From: Heterodontus francisci
Taxonomy: Eukaryota
Length of the DNA stretch: 64,000 bases
Direction of reading: 5' to 3'
Assembly (NCBI RefSeq): GCF_036365525.1
Contig: NC_090402.1
Location: 8,707,079-8,771,078, forward strand
Of the stretch, positions 36,211-49,005 are shown one piece after another. Below the pieces are notes generated by a model that was given only the letters and a program-made list of their open reading frames with translations, was not told the DNA's origin and searched no databases. Numbering within the stretch: the stretch's first letter is position 1; each line of letters starts with the position of its first letter. The translations under genes were made by a program, and so were the position numbers.

Positions 36211-36509
36211 TATTACTGCTAGCAGCCATACTGCCAATACTTCACTCTAGTTTTTTTTTTGAAGTGCAACTGAGTTTTGTGTTTTCCTGCATTACAACAG
36301 CGAGTACGCTTCAAAAAGTATTTCATTGGCTGTAAAGAACTTTGAGTGAAAGTTGCTGTATAAATGCAAGTCTTTTTTCTTCCAGAATTATCGTGGTATT
36401 GCTGGATCAAGTAGTTTGTGGCTGTACAAAAATTTTATTAATTATACCTTACTGTAATCTGAATTGCATGCAAGCAACAGTTGTGGAAAAAGTAGGTGAT
36501 AGTTACTTA

Positions 36510-37130
36510 TAATCATCCCTGGGACCATTCTTGTGAATCTTTTCTGCACCCTCTCTAATGCCTTCACATTCTTCCTAAAGTGTGGTGCCCAAAATTGGAC
36601 ACATAACTACAGTAGAGGCTGAACCAGTGTTTTATACAGGTTTATCATAACTTCCTTGCTTTTGTACTCAATACCCCTACTTTTAAAGCCCAGGATTCCG
36701 TAGGCTTCATTAAACCCTTTTTCAACCAGCCCTGCCACCTTCAATGATTTGTACACATATACCCCCAGGTTCCCCTTTAGAAATGTATCCTTTGGTTTAG
36801 ATTGCCTCTCCTCGTTCTTCCTACCAAAATGAATCACTTCATACTTCTTCGCATTAAATTTCATGTGCCACTTGTCTGCCCATTCCACCAGCCCATCGCT
36901 ATCCTCCTCACAGTTCTCAATACTTCCAAGTTTTGTGTCATCTGCAAATTTTGAAATTGTGCCCTGTACATACAAGTCTGTCATGAATATATATCGGGAA
37001 AAGCAGGGGTCCTAACACTGAACCCTGGGGAACCCCACTGTATAGCTTTTTCCAGTCCGAAAAACAACTGTTCACCACTGCTCTCGGTTTCTTGTCTCTC
37101 AGCCAATTTTGTATCTATGTTGCTACTTTC
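36510..37130 (-). mobile_element. CR1 RT fragment
   Basis: [11 protein letters not shown]...LVEWADKWHMKFNAKKYEVIHFGRKN. Confidence 0.9.
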
Positions 37131-38451
37131 AGAATATAGGTTTAGGTGCATGTGATCAAAAGTAAGAAAGGTTGCTGTTAGTGAGTATTAAAGACAAAAT
37201 ACATGTGTCAGAGAACATACTGACTGGATTTCTTTCTCATTGCTTTAGTCAGGTTTTTAGTTTTATTAATAATGAATAGAGTCAATAATGTTGTATAAAT
37301 CCTAACCATCTTACTAAGGCAGGTGTCTCCCCAAATAACACTCTCTGTAGGGTGACTGATTTCTTCACTGAAATAAGAGTGACAAAACCCAAATGCGACT
37401 AATTTCAAAGCACCCTGTAACCTGGCACTTGCAACCTACTGTCTCATGCCTCTTGATATTTTTATTAACTACTGTACTTTACTGTGAATTGTCAACTGTT
37501 TTGTAGAAGGTGTCATTTCATTAAGTGTATTTTGTTGGTATTAATTAATATGGCTGTTCATGCCAGCATTTTGTTTTGAACCAACAGTGCCTGCTGTTCA
37601 TTTCACTTCTAAGACCCTTTACCTTTTTAAACCTGCTGTGTAATTTATATTATTGAACAATCGAAGTTGAAAAACGTAGCGTTGTAGGACATCTTCAAGG
37701 AATCAACTGTAGGAGTTTTTGGTGCTATCTGCTCTATGTATCCTGAAGCAATAGAATATTAATACATAGTTGTTTTGGTTATTTTTCTTTGCAATTAATA
37801 GTGCTGCAATAAGTGAGCATTTATGTTTGTAGTTTAGCAAGATTGATCTTCATTTAGACTAAATTCAGAATTTTTGTCCCTTTTCACAACTTGTGCATAA
37901 CTTGTGCACTTTGAGTTCCTGTTGCATGATGAGAGTACCCCATCTTGCACCAGGTCCAGCAGTTTCTATCCTCATCCACCATGCCAATTCTGATTGCCCT
38001 CCAATTCCCCCTGCCAAAAGATGTGGTCATGGCTTACCGGCTGCATGGACAGAATAATGTTAAAAGCTAGTAAAACTTTAGTTATTTTGGGCTGAAGGAT
38101 AAAACAAGACTCCTGTGCAGATATCCTGGTTAGCAATTTCAGGAGGGGGAGAGGTTTATTTTTCATTTTGTTAAATATGTAGCAGAGATTTTCCCTACAC
38201 AGGGCACAGCTTTTGTTGGGGAAGTCATTGATGCCAACTATCCACTCTGAGTTAGAATATATGTAAGATCTTTGTTAATGAGGTTTGGAAGCCCTTGCTA
38301 TCCTTTGGTGTTGATCCAAGAGGAGTGACAGCAGATAATATGCTACATTCAAATTCACGTATGGTGAAATTGCATCAGCCAAGGAATGAGAAGGGATGAT
38401 CCACTATTGGGATTGGTGAGCAGCAGTCTTTCTTCTTAACATGGCCTTATT

Positions 38452-38869
38452 GGAATAAAAACAAGAAATACTGGAAATACTCAGCAGGTCTGCCAGCATC
38501 TGTGGAGAGAAGTAGAGTTAACGTTTCAGGTCAGTGACCCTTCATCAGAACTGGTAAAGGTTGCAAATGTAATAGGTTTTAAGCAAATAAAGCAGGTGTG
38601 GGGCAAGATATAACAAAAAGCAAGGTGTTGCTAGGACAGTGTCACAGAGAATAACTGACCAGAAGTTCATGGCGCAAAGGCAAATGGTATTTTAATGGTG
38701 TGCTGAAAGACAAAGCGTTAGTGCAGAGAGGGCGTTAATGGACAGAAAAATGAACAGCCCTGGCCCAAAGCGCAGACGTGAAAAAAACAGTGGGCAGGCA
38801 CATGGTAAGAAAAATGAATGATGGAGCAAACTGAAATAAAATAAAAATAACTGAAAAATAAAAAGGGGG
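38452..38869 (-). mobile_element. Penelope pLTR/3' UTR insertion with an intact hammerhead core and 9-bp flanking direct repeat
   Basis: GGCCTTATT at 38443-38451 and 38870-38878; sequence matches 49757-50165. Confidence 0.88.
38516..38553 (-). ncRNA. Minimal type I hammerhead ribozyme motif
   Basis: Minus strand CAGTT-CTGATGA-A-GGGTC-ACT-GACCT-GAAA-CGTT-AACT: core CUGAUGA/GAAA, helix II, palindromic helix III, helix I AGTT/AACT. Confidence 0.7.
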
Positions 38870-39404
38870 GGCCTTATTAGATATGCCTGTGTTCAAAAAG
38901 GGAACACATTGGACCTACTGCAAAATGGAAGACATGGTTGGAGAGTAACGACCCACTCTGCTCGCTATAAAATTGTCAGCAAAGAAGTTTGATTTAAAGA
39001 TTGCTTTCATTAAGACACAACTTCTATTTGTTGAATGGGAAACTAAATTATCAAGGCAAGGCTATCTGGATAGTTTGATTTGTACAAAGGCATCAATCTA
39101 ATATAAGTTTTTTTTTTGTTAATGATTGAAAGTAAATATTTTTCACAACACAGTTCAGGAAGCTGATCCTGTTCCATATATATGACTGTGAAGTAAGTAC
39201 AGTTATGTATTGTCAAAATATGAAATGATGCATTCCATACTGAGTTTTTTATTTCCTTGTAATGGAAAAGGATGGGTCTTGCTGAAGATTGGAATTTATG
39301 GCTTTACTCAACATCTGGTGCTGTAACACATTGCATTCCACAAGTGTTCTTCCCAGATATCAGTTTTGGGTAGATACTAATTTAAATTAATCCATTAATT
39401 ATAC

Positions 39405-39670
39405 AGTAATGACAAAGGCAGCGGGTGCATGTTGACACCATCACCTCCAGGTCACATGCAATCTTGACTTAAACGTATATCACTCACTCTGCCATCAGTG
39501 CTCAGTCAGAAGCCTGGAACTCCCTACCTAATAGCATTGTGGACGTGCCTTCACAACATGGATTGCAGCTGTTCAAAAAGGTGGCCCACCATTATCACCT
39601 CAAGGACATCAAGAGATGGGCAGTAAAGGCTGGATTTACCAGCGATTATATCATCACAAAGAATGATTTA
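39405..39670 (+). mobile_element. Degenerate 3' end of the 35320-36210 LINE family
   Basis: gacaaaggcagcgggtgcatg...cctggaactccctacctaatagcattgtgg. Confidence 0.7.
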
Positions 39671-40638
39671 AACATACCACCTCAACTATAATTAATATTC
39701 TATGCCTTTTGCTAGAAATATCTTCCCCCTAATTGGTGAGGCATTTTATTTTGTCATTATTTCCGTTGAAACTTGTTCAGCCATCTAGACAAATCCTGAA
39801 ATGGCTGGATCTGGAATCCGAACTCGTCTTGTATTCCTCATTTCAGTTCATCAGTACCCTTACAAAAATATGTTTCATTTTAATGCTGCTTTCACTAGTA
39901 TGAATTCTTGTCATCTATCTTGGGTTTGTTTTTAAAAATGTCTTTAATCTGTTCCAATACTGTTCCAAAGTATTAAAATAAGAGTTAAATTATTCAGAAG
40001 TAGATTTGTGTGGTTAATATTTTTGTTTTATGCTAGTATTACAGTTTTACAGATTGGTTGTCTAAATATTCAAAGCAGTGGCAATTAAACTTCTTTCGTC
40101 ATAAACCTAGGGCAAGAGTGATTCAAAAATCACCTGAAGTGCCTCCCCTTGATCACCACTTTTGTACTGTTATGTGCTGAGAGGAATCAATTGGATTAAC
40201 TCGGTTTATGTTTCCTCAATGTATCCCATGAAAACAAATGGTGCAGGCTAATGTTCACTGTATCTGAGTGAGCCTGCCTGCATATAAAGCATAATGTTCT
40301 GGTTTGACAAATGAGAAATTGATGGATCAATACAAACCACTCAGCAGCTTTTCATCAACAGTGACCCTGAAGATGCTTCAGCATCACCATCTATAATGTG
40401 ATTGGCTAAAAGGTGGTACCTAATAAAGCATCTTAGTATCTTGTTCTGTGAGTGGCTAAGAAAATGCTGCATTGAGTCTGCAGGCTTTGCGACACTGCAG
40501 AGAGAATGAGACTTCTGCAATACTTTCACATACCTTTTTTGGCCTGTGGTTCAGTGTATATAGCACAGTGTAGGGTGCTGCAATACCTCCCCAATAGGAC
40601 TCTTACAAATTTCCAATCTCAAACTATTAAGATACAGG

Positions 40639-40839
40639 ATGCTGAAAGCTGTATATGAGTATCTGTATAAAATATTCCTGAAAGTGGTGTGTCAGGATCC
40701 AGGTGTGGGGAGGGAACAGACCAATTACTTGGACAATGCAACTGAAATGCAGGGAAAACCCAGTGACACAGAGGATGGAAATGATGCTGACGGAAATCGA
40801 CATGGGCAGGATCATAAATCTGTGCAGGAACCAGTAAAG
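40639..40839 (+). CDS. SLC25A25: Probable SLC25A25 alternative first coding exon, isoform c type
   Basis: MLKAVYEYLYKIFLKVVCQD aligns in pattern with recalled human isoform c MLQMLWHFLASFFPRAGCHG; A at -3 of ATG; two phase-0 GT donors (40834 and 40840); lies between b- and a-type exons as recalled for human. Low identity and the donor is ambiguous. Confidence 0.6.
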
Positions 40840-41951
40840 GTAGTGTGTGATGATTCTTGTGGTCAGAGAGCAAAACTGTTTTCTTTCAACAGCTTTAGAG
40901 AGTATATAGTGGTACATACAGTAGAACAGATGTTGCTTTAAAGTTTTAACGAGATCCAGTTTCATATCCTTTAGAAAACAGCCTTTTAATTGTGAAATAA
41001 TCACAAAAATAACATACTTAAAACATGTTAGGGGGTTAAAATGATTTTCAGAGTTTGTTCGAAAGAAGTATGTCTTTGTTATCCATTTTATTAACTGTAT
41101 TCAGCAACAGTTTGCAAAATAAATGCCACCTCACTCAATTCTATGAAAAAGGTTTCATAGAACAATTTCAATAGTAAGTATCAAAAGATGATCTATATGT
41201 GGAGTGATTGTCTACATAATGTGGAATGCGATTTGCTTTATCTTTGTCTGCATTATAATACTTAGACCAATCAGTTTTAAGTTTTTGCTATCCTTCAAGA
41301 GAGGCAAACAAAGAATCTTATGTATTTGGTTAGATAATGATAACTGCTTGCTGGTGAGCACTTTGCCTGGAATAGTGGACATAATGTATCTGAGAGGGGG
41401 AAAAAATGAGCCTGTCCTAATGCAGTACATGTCGTTCTGCCCCTCAAACATGTCTCCACTGCAGTTGACTCGCAGTTTGAAACCTACAAAGTTTGGGGGT
41501 CCTGAAACAATTTCTGGATTGTAGTGTGTGGTTCTCAAAGGATCAACTGTGACTGTTATTCAGGATGTCGCGTTTGAAGGTTTTGCAGAGTGGGTAATCA
41601 CTCAAACATATTTCAATGTTGAATGGAGGGTGCCTACTTTGCTACTTAGAGTTAAGACATTGTCTAAAATACCTCAAATAACTAGAAAAGGCTTCATCGG
41701 TGTATAATTTGCTTAGTCTCTTCTGAGAAATCAAAAGCTACTGCATTGTATTTTCACAGAAAGTTATTCTCTCTGTCCTTCCAGCTCTGTGGTTGCTTCA
41801 AATTCCAGATCTTCTGAAAATCCTCCAGAGAGAAACCAATTATCCAGTATCTGACTTTAAAGAACACAGCTGATTACCTTTAAAAACTCTATCTATATGT
41901 CCTTTTCAGTCTATTCTATTGATGTTTAAGAGGAATGTGATGCAATGTTGA

Positions 41952-42082
41952 TGAAGGGTCACTGACCCGAAACGTTAACTCTGCTTCTCTTTCCACAGAT
42001 GCTGCCAGACCTGCTGAGTGGTTCCAGCATTTCTTGTTTTTATTTCAGATTTCCAGCATCCGCAGTATTTTGCTTTTATTTT
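41952..42082 (+). mobile_element. Penelope-derived pLTR insertion with 8-bp flanking direct repeat
   Basis: AATGTTGA at 41944-41951 and 42083-42090; tgatgaagggtcactgacccgaaacgttaactctg. Confidence 0.85.
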
Positions 42083-45000
42083 AATGTTGAAAATTGGCTT
42101 GGTTTGAACACAAATGAATATATTTTTTTTAATATATTCTTTCATGCGATGTGGGCATCACTGGCAGGCCAGCATTTGTTGCCCATCTCTAATTGCCCTT
42201 GAACCGAGTGGCTTGCTAGGCTGTTTCAGTATTGTACCAACTGGTTTATCAAAAATTCCAAAATATTATGAAAACACAGCTGCATCTGTTCCCTGCTGGT
42301 CTGACTGTAAGTGCATGGAATTCCTTAAATTACCTTAGTTAAACTGTATTTTGGAATTAATCAAAGCTCAAACATGTTAACTTAAATTCAGTTGCGTTGT
42401 GTCGTTATTGTCTGCTGTGACAAACAAACCTAAAAGAAGCTACTTGTTTGTGTTGTTTGGCTTGAAGATGGTTGCAGAAATCTTAAAGCTGGATTTTGTT
42501 TAATATTGTATTTCTCCAGAATGTGTTATGATCTGACTCTTATCTATGGGAATGAATCTTTGCATCCTATGCAATTAAATAATTTTGTAGTGCAAGTGGC
42601 TAGTAACTATTTGGAACTATTAGATTTTTTAGTACATTTAAGTGGAGATAACATCAAGATGTACCTTTTTTTTTTAGTAGTTGCGAACAGGTGTAATTTA
42701 ATAAGCCAGAAAATGGCAACATTCCATCTAAAACGTAGATGGATTATTATGAGCATAGTGAATTATTACACTTTGACTGTTTTTCCTATAATTCAGTGGA
42801 ATCTAGAGTAATGGGTTGAAAATGCATTCTTGGAATAGCAGTTGTCCAAATATTGAATCTGTAAAACTACCCCCTTATCTCGATGATTAAGATATGTACT
42901 GTAGCTTTTTGATATGTTACTGTGGGTTTGCTGAGCCTGTTACTGTAATTACTTTGGCATTTAATCCTGATAATATGGACAAAATAGTTTGTTTACCTCT
43001 TCATATGGTGAATTGGATTTTACTGAATTTGAGAACTGAGCCAAATATTGATTTTTTTTTTTTTTTGTTACACACCATTTTTCAAGAAACTTTCATTCAG
43101 TATAGCAGTGAGGAAGAATTCTGTGCTGAGCTTCTGCATCTCTATATTCTATGAAAATAAATAAGAATTGTGGTTATATTCTTCAGTAAAACTTAAGAGT
43201 CAGACACGCACTTCTTCCTCATAATCATTTCATCTCAGAATTATTCCGATGGATGTAGTGTGGTGAAACTAAAGTTGCAAATTTCTGTGAATATAAACCA
43301 ATGAAATTCTATTAAGAAAAACACAACCAATGATAAAGAATTTCTGTGGAAATAACACAAATCCTGGCAGTAAAATTTCATTAAGCAAAATGCAAGGGAT
43401 TGCCGCCCTTCATAATGAACAGCTAATAAAATTGTATTCTGAAAATTGCATGTTTCAAAGCTGTTTGTTAGTGGGTTGTTAATTCTGAAGAAAACGGTCC
43501 TTTTTTTTTTAGAGAATTTGAGTTTAGTTAGTTGGAAAGCAGCTTTGTAAAAGATTTATATAAAAAAAGTGATGTTGATGTTTTTGGAAAATGTATGTTC
43601 CATTCGTATAGTGGACTATTACTGAAGCATTAGCAAATGGAGATAAAGGCCTAGGATTTCTGATTGTAACATTGATAACCCACTTGTAGTGAATAGGTTA
43701 CTATTGGTATTACAATTATAAAATCTGGACCCTGTTATTTTAAAGCTGCTTTTCCAATCAAAAGTAATTCATCTACAAAAACTGAGAGATTACCTTTGCC
43801 TTTCGCTGGCTACTGTAGTTTGTAATGTCAGTCTAGTGTCAGTTGTTCACGGATCCAGTATTGTTCCCTACAACAGGTAGCTTGCCTCCTTTTAAACTCA
43901 ACAGCCTTGACACAGGATTTGCAAGTGGGCAGCGTGCTTGCAAGAGGCCATTGCTGGGAGCTGGGACAGACTGTCACTGGCAATTGCATGGGAGGGGTCC
44001 AGTAGTGGTTGGGGTAGGGAGTGTGGTACCATGGTCCAGATGTGACATATGAAGACGGGCCACTGGGATCTTTTCTAAAGCAGTTCTTTTCAGATGGCTT
44101 TGAGAATTAATCTGGCAGGTTTTTGCAGCATCTCCGGAAAGATACAGCACCAGGAATTTTAGCTGTCCCGCACTGGATCTTGGCAGGGTTTCTTCAGAGG
44201 TAGGGAAAGAGGTAAGCTGGGTCATTCCCTTATCCTTGGCAGGCAAAACACCAACTGTCTTCAAAACAGTTCACACCCCAACTGACTTGAAAACGATATT
44301 TAACCCCCAAACAGAAAGTCAACCACTTGACCTCCATAAGCCTTGACATGTGGCTTCTCTGTAAATATCTTCCCCAGGTCACCAATGTTTATGTTGTTTA
44401 CTGAGCTTAGCACATGATTTCCAGCACAGGTTGTTTTCAAACAACATCTCCAGTGTCCTTACAGTGAACTTGGTTCAAAAAAACTTCTTGTGGAACCTTT
44501 TCAGTTTTAACACAAGTCCTCAAAACAAAACATTAAAAAATGGAAGCACTTTCATAACCGTGTACTGAAACATACAGAAGAGAAGCAACTAGGTTTGATC
44601 CTTGACCCATACAAAATTAATTGGTCTCCGTTCAAGAGGTAGTAAGGACACTACATTTGACTTCAGTATCCCGGAGGTCAAGGGAGGGGGTGGGGGGTGG
44701 TGGTGGGAAGCAAACTCAACTGGGATCTTGCTCCACTGACAGTTTACTACCTCCTCACTGACATTGCTTTGCCTTGCTCACTGAAATTTCCATCTGTGAT
44801 ATGTCTCCTGTTGACCTATTGGGCTGATTTTTTCCTGGTCCTTATCTTGGGAATGCCCAATTTACTGGTTGCAAAGATCAGGAAAAAGACTTCGCCTTTT
44901 TGACCTGGGTTTTCTGGGGCTTTCCTCGGGAGTGTATCTTGGCCTGTATGTGCAGCAGGCGCTGGCGCAATTAAGCTGCGCTAATTGGGGTTGGGGAGTG

Positions 45001-45129
45001 GGGAAGTGTCTTCCTGGCCACCTGCCCCTGTCCAGCAGGGGGGCATAGCCTCCAGTGGTCATCCGTCTGTCTAGAAGCCTCAACTTGTCCAAGTCTCAGT
45101 ACAGAACAGTATACAAATAGCTGACTTCT

Positions 45130-45385
45130 TGCTGACCTACAGTTTAAAGATCTCTGTCCTTGTCTTCAAATCTTTCAGTGGCCTCACTCCATCTCATCTC
45201 TACAATCTGCTCCAGAATTATTTACTCTTCTGTCCCTTTTGGTCTTCTGAATCTAGCCTCTGCCCCCTATCTTCAGCTGCCACTGCTCCACTTTCTGAAA
45301 CTCTCCACTTCTCTGCTTGTCCCTACCATTTTTGTTTAAGGTAAAATTTTTTGAATATCCAACTTTTGAACCAAGCTTTTAACAA
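45130..45385 (+). mobile_element. Old L2 3' fragment
   Basis: LKISVLVFKSFSGLTPSHLYNLLQ. Confidence 0.65.
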
Positions 45386-45424
45386 TGCTTAATTGATAGT
45401 TGTTTGGTAGTACAGAACTTGACA

Positions 45425-45878
45425 ATTGCTGAAGATAGAGACATGTTGAAGCTTTCCGTCTTGCACTCGGCAGGACAATATGCAAGAATAACCAATGTAA
45501 GGGAAAACAACAACATACTGCTTGAGAAGAGAGTGCTGATTGGTAGAGACATTACAATGGCGAATGCACCAGTTTACAGTGACTGACAGTTAACTGCCAA
45601 GCTTTGTTTTAAATTTAAACCAGGCAGCTTGACTCTGGTCAAGACATTGCCCTGAGGAATGAACCAACGAATGGCTGTCATTTATTTTGTTCTGCTGAAA
45701 CAGGCGCAATGTGTGCTAAGAATTACGATGACAACCAATTTAAGATTGTTGGTAGGGTTCACAGTGTGGCGCATTTGCGCGTACTGGAAGCTACATGTAT
45801 TAATACACAGAGCCCTGTTCTTTGCAGGAAGAAAGAACATCTACACACACTGTGCCTGTTTAAATTTCAAACAAAGCT
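45425..45878. mobile_element. Second Penelope-like family (Poseidon/Penelope type): inverted pLTR piece plus GIY-YIG C-terminus
   Basis: FKIVGRVHSVAHLRVLEATCINTQSPVLCRKKE on +; 45597-45626 is an inverted copy of 45853-45879. Confidence 0.7.
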
Positions 45879-45879
45879 T

Positions 45880-47577
45880 CTACGCTCCAATGAGAAAAGC
45901 CCTAGCATCCTCAATCTTTCTTCGTAGGACATGCCCTCCAGTCCAGGCAGCATCCTGGTAAATCTCCTCTGCACCCTCTCTAAAGCTTCCACATCCTTCC
46001 TATAATGAGGCGACCAGAACTGAACACAATATTCCAAGTGTGGTCGAACCAGGGCCTTTTAGAGCTGCAGCATAATCTCGCGGCTCTTAAACTCGATTCC
46101 CCTGTTAATGAAAGCCAACACATCATTTGCCTTCTTAACAACCCTATCATCTTGGGTGGCAACTTTGAGCGATCTATGGACATGGACCCCAAGATCCCTC
46201 TGTTCCTCCACACTACCAAGAATCCTGTCTTTAAGCCTGTATTCCGCATTCAAATTCGACCTTCCAAAATGAATCACTTCACACTTTTCCAGGTTGAACT
46301 CCATCTGCCACTTCTCAGCCCAGCTCTGCATCCTGTCAATGTCCCGTTGCAACCTACAACAGCCTTCCACACTATCCACAACTCCAGCAACCTTCGTGTC
46401 ATCGGCAAACTTGCTAACCCAGCCTTCCACTTCCTCATCCAAGTCATTTATAAAAATCACAAAGAGCAGAGGTCCCAGAACAGATCCTTGTGGTCACCGA
46501 GCTCCATGCTGAATACTTTCCATCTACTACCACCCTCTGACTTCTATGGGCCAGCCAATTTTGTATCCAGACAGCCAGCTTTCCCTGAATCCCATGCCTC
46601 CTCACTTTCTGAATGAGCCTACCATGGGGAACCTTATCAAACGCCTTGCTAAAATCCATATACACCACATCCACTGCTCTTCCTTCATCAATGTGTTTTG
46701 TCACATCTTCAAAGAATTCAATAAGGCTTGTGAGGCATGACCTGCCCCTCACAAAGCCATGCTGACTGTCTCTAATCAAACCATGCCTTTCCAAATAATC
46801 ATAAATCCTGTCTCTCAGAATCCTCTCCAATAATTTGCCCACTACCGACGTAAGACTGACTGGTCTATAATTCCCAGGGTTATCCCTATTCCCTTTCTTG
46901 AACAAGGGAACAACATTTGCCATCCTCCAATCACCCGGTACTACTCCAGTGGACAGTGAAGACGCAAAGATCATCGCCAAAGTCGCAGCAACCTCTTCTC
47001 TCGCTTCCCGTAATATCCTTGGGTATATCCCGTCTGGCCCCGGGGACTTATCTGTCCTCATATCATTCAAAATTTCCAGCACATCCTCCCTCTTAACCTC
47101 AACCTGTTCGAGCATATCAGCCTGTTCCACGCTGTCCTCACAAACGACCAGGTCCCTCTCACTAGTGAATACTGAAGCAAAGTATTCATTTAGGACCTCC
47201 CCTACCTCCTCCGACTCCAGGCACAAGTTCCCTCCACTATCCCTGGTCGGCCCTACCCTCACTCTGGCCATCCTCTTGTTCCTCACAGAAGTGTAGGAGG
47301 CCTTGGGATTTTCCTTAATCCTACCCGCCAAGACTTTTTCATGTCCCCTTCTAGCTCTCCTAAGTCCATTCTTCAGTTCCTTCCTGGCTACCTTGTAACC
47401 CTCTAAAGCCCTGTCTGATCCTTGCTTCCTCAACCTTAAGTAAGCTTCCTTCCTCTTCACTAGCTGTTGCACATCTCTTGTCATCCAAGGTTGCTTCACC
47501 CTACCATTCCTTCCCTGCCTCATCGGGACAAACCTATCCAGCAGTCGCAGCAAGTGCTCCCTAAACAACCTCCACAT
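45880..47577 (-). mobile_element. Relatively young CR1 ORF2 internal fragment (RT)
   Basis: 377-aa ORF with KSPGPDGIYPRIL, PGNYRPVSLTSVVGKLLE, QHGFVRGRSCLTSLIEF, YMDFSKAFDKVPH; continues after a deletion/frameshift as FINDLD...SKFADDTKV. Confidence 0.95.
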
Positions 47578-47602
47578 TTATGGTTCTTTTGTGAGGTGTG
47601 GT

Positions 47603-48617
47603 TCACTACTGCTGGGTACAGGTCTGTCACTGTATAACACTGGGTGACAGGTCTGTCACTGTATAACACTGGGGTACAGTACTGGTGGGTACAGGTCTGT
47701 CACTGTATAACACTGGGGTACAGTACTGCTGGGTACAGGTCTGTCACTGTATAACACTGGGGTACAGTACTGCTGGGTACAGGTCTGTCAATGTATAACA
47801 CTGGGGTACAGTACTGCTGGGTACAGGTCTGTCACTGTATAACACTGGGGTACAGTACTGCTGGGTACAGGTCTGTCACTGTATAACACTGGGGTACAGT
47901 ACTGCTGGGTACAGGTCTGTCAATGTATAACACTGGGGTACAGTACTGCTGGATACAGGTCTGTCACTGTATAACACTGGGGTACAGGTCTGTCACTGTA
48001 TAACACTGGGGTACAGGTCTGTCACTGTATAGCACTGGGGTACAGTACTGCTGGGTATAGGTCTGTCACTGTATCACACTGGGGTACAGTACTGGTGGGT
48101 ACAGGTCCATCACTGTATAACACTGGGCGACAGTACTGGTTGGTACAGGTCCGTCAATGTATAACACTGGGGTACAGTACTGGTGGGTACAGGTCCGTCA
48201 ATGTATAACACTGGGGTACAGTACTGGTGGGTACAGGTCTGTCAATGTATAACACTGGGGTACAGTACTGGTGGGTACAGGTCTGTCAATGTATAACACT
48301 GGGGTACAGTACTGCTGGGTACAGGTCTGTCAATGTATAACACTGGGGTACAGTACTGCTGGATACAGGTCTGTCACTGTATAACACTGGGGTACAGGTC
48401 TGTCACTGTATAACACTGGGGTACAGGTCCGTCACTATCACACTGGGGTACAGTACTGCTGGGTACAGGTCCATCACTGTATAACACTGGGGTACAGTAC
48501 TGCTGGGTACAGGTCCATCACTGTATAACACTGGGGTACAGTACTGGTGGGTACAGGTCTGTCAATGTATAACACTGGGGTACAGTACTGGTGGGTGCAG
48601 GTCTCTCAGTGTATAAG
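47603..48617. repeat. 44-bp minisatellite (about 24 units, with shorter deletion variants)
   Basis: GTCTGTCACTGTATAACACTGGGGTACAGTACTGCTGGGTACAG repeated. Confidence 0.97.
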
Positions 48618-49005
48618 TTCAGATCTCACCAGAGCAGCTGGTGAAATTTAAATTCAATTAATAAAATAATTGTTAGGAATAATAAAAGGCTAATCTGATT
48701 AATGGTGACTGTGAAACTACCGGATTTTAAAAAAACCCATCTGGTTTACTAATGTCCTCACCCAACCTGGCCTATGTGTAACTCCAGACTCTCAGCCATG
48801 TGGTTGACTCTCAACTGCCCTCTTAAATGGCCTAGCAAGCCACTCAGTTGCATCAAACCACTACAGAAAAGTGGCATAACAGAACTGTGGGTGTACTACA
48901 GCACATGGACAGCAGCGGTTCAAGAAGCGGCTAACCACCACCTTCTCGAGGATAATTGGGGATAAGCCTTGCCAGTGATGCTCACATCCCATGAATGAAT
49001 AAATG
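48617..49005 (+). mobile_element. Head-truncated tRNA-derived SINE (5985-6395 family) with LINE tail
   Basis: gttcagatctcaccagagcagctggtgaaatttaaattc...cccatctggtttactaatgtcc...cacatcccatgaatgaataaa. Confidence 0.75.

Noticed and set aside
46444-47577. 377-aa RT ORF as a possible domesticated gene
   Set aside because: Plain CR1 ORF2 fragment with a deletion/frameshift before the catalytic FADD motif and no promoter or splice context
47603-48617. CRISPR-like appearance of the regular repeat
   Set aside because: Head-to-tail units with no unique spacers, no cas genes, vertebrate context
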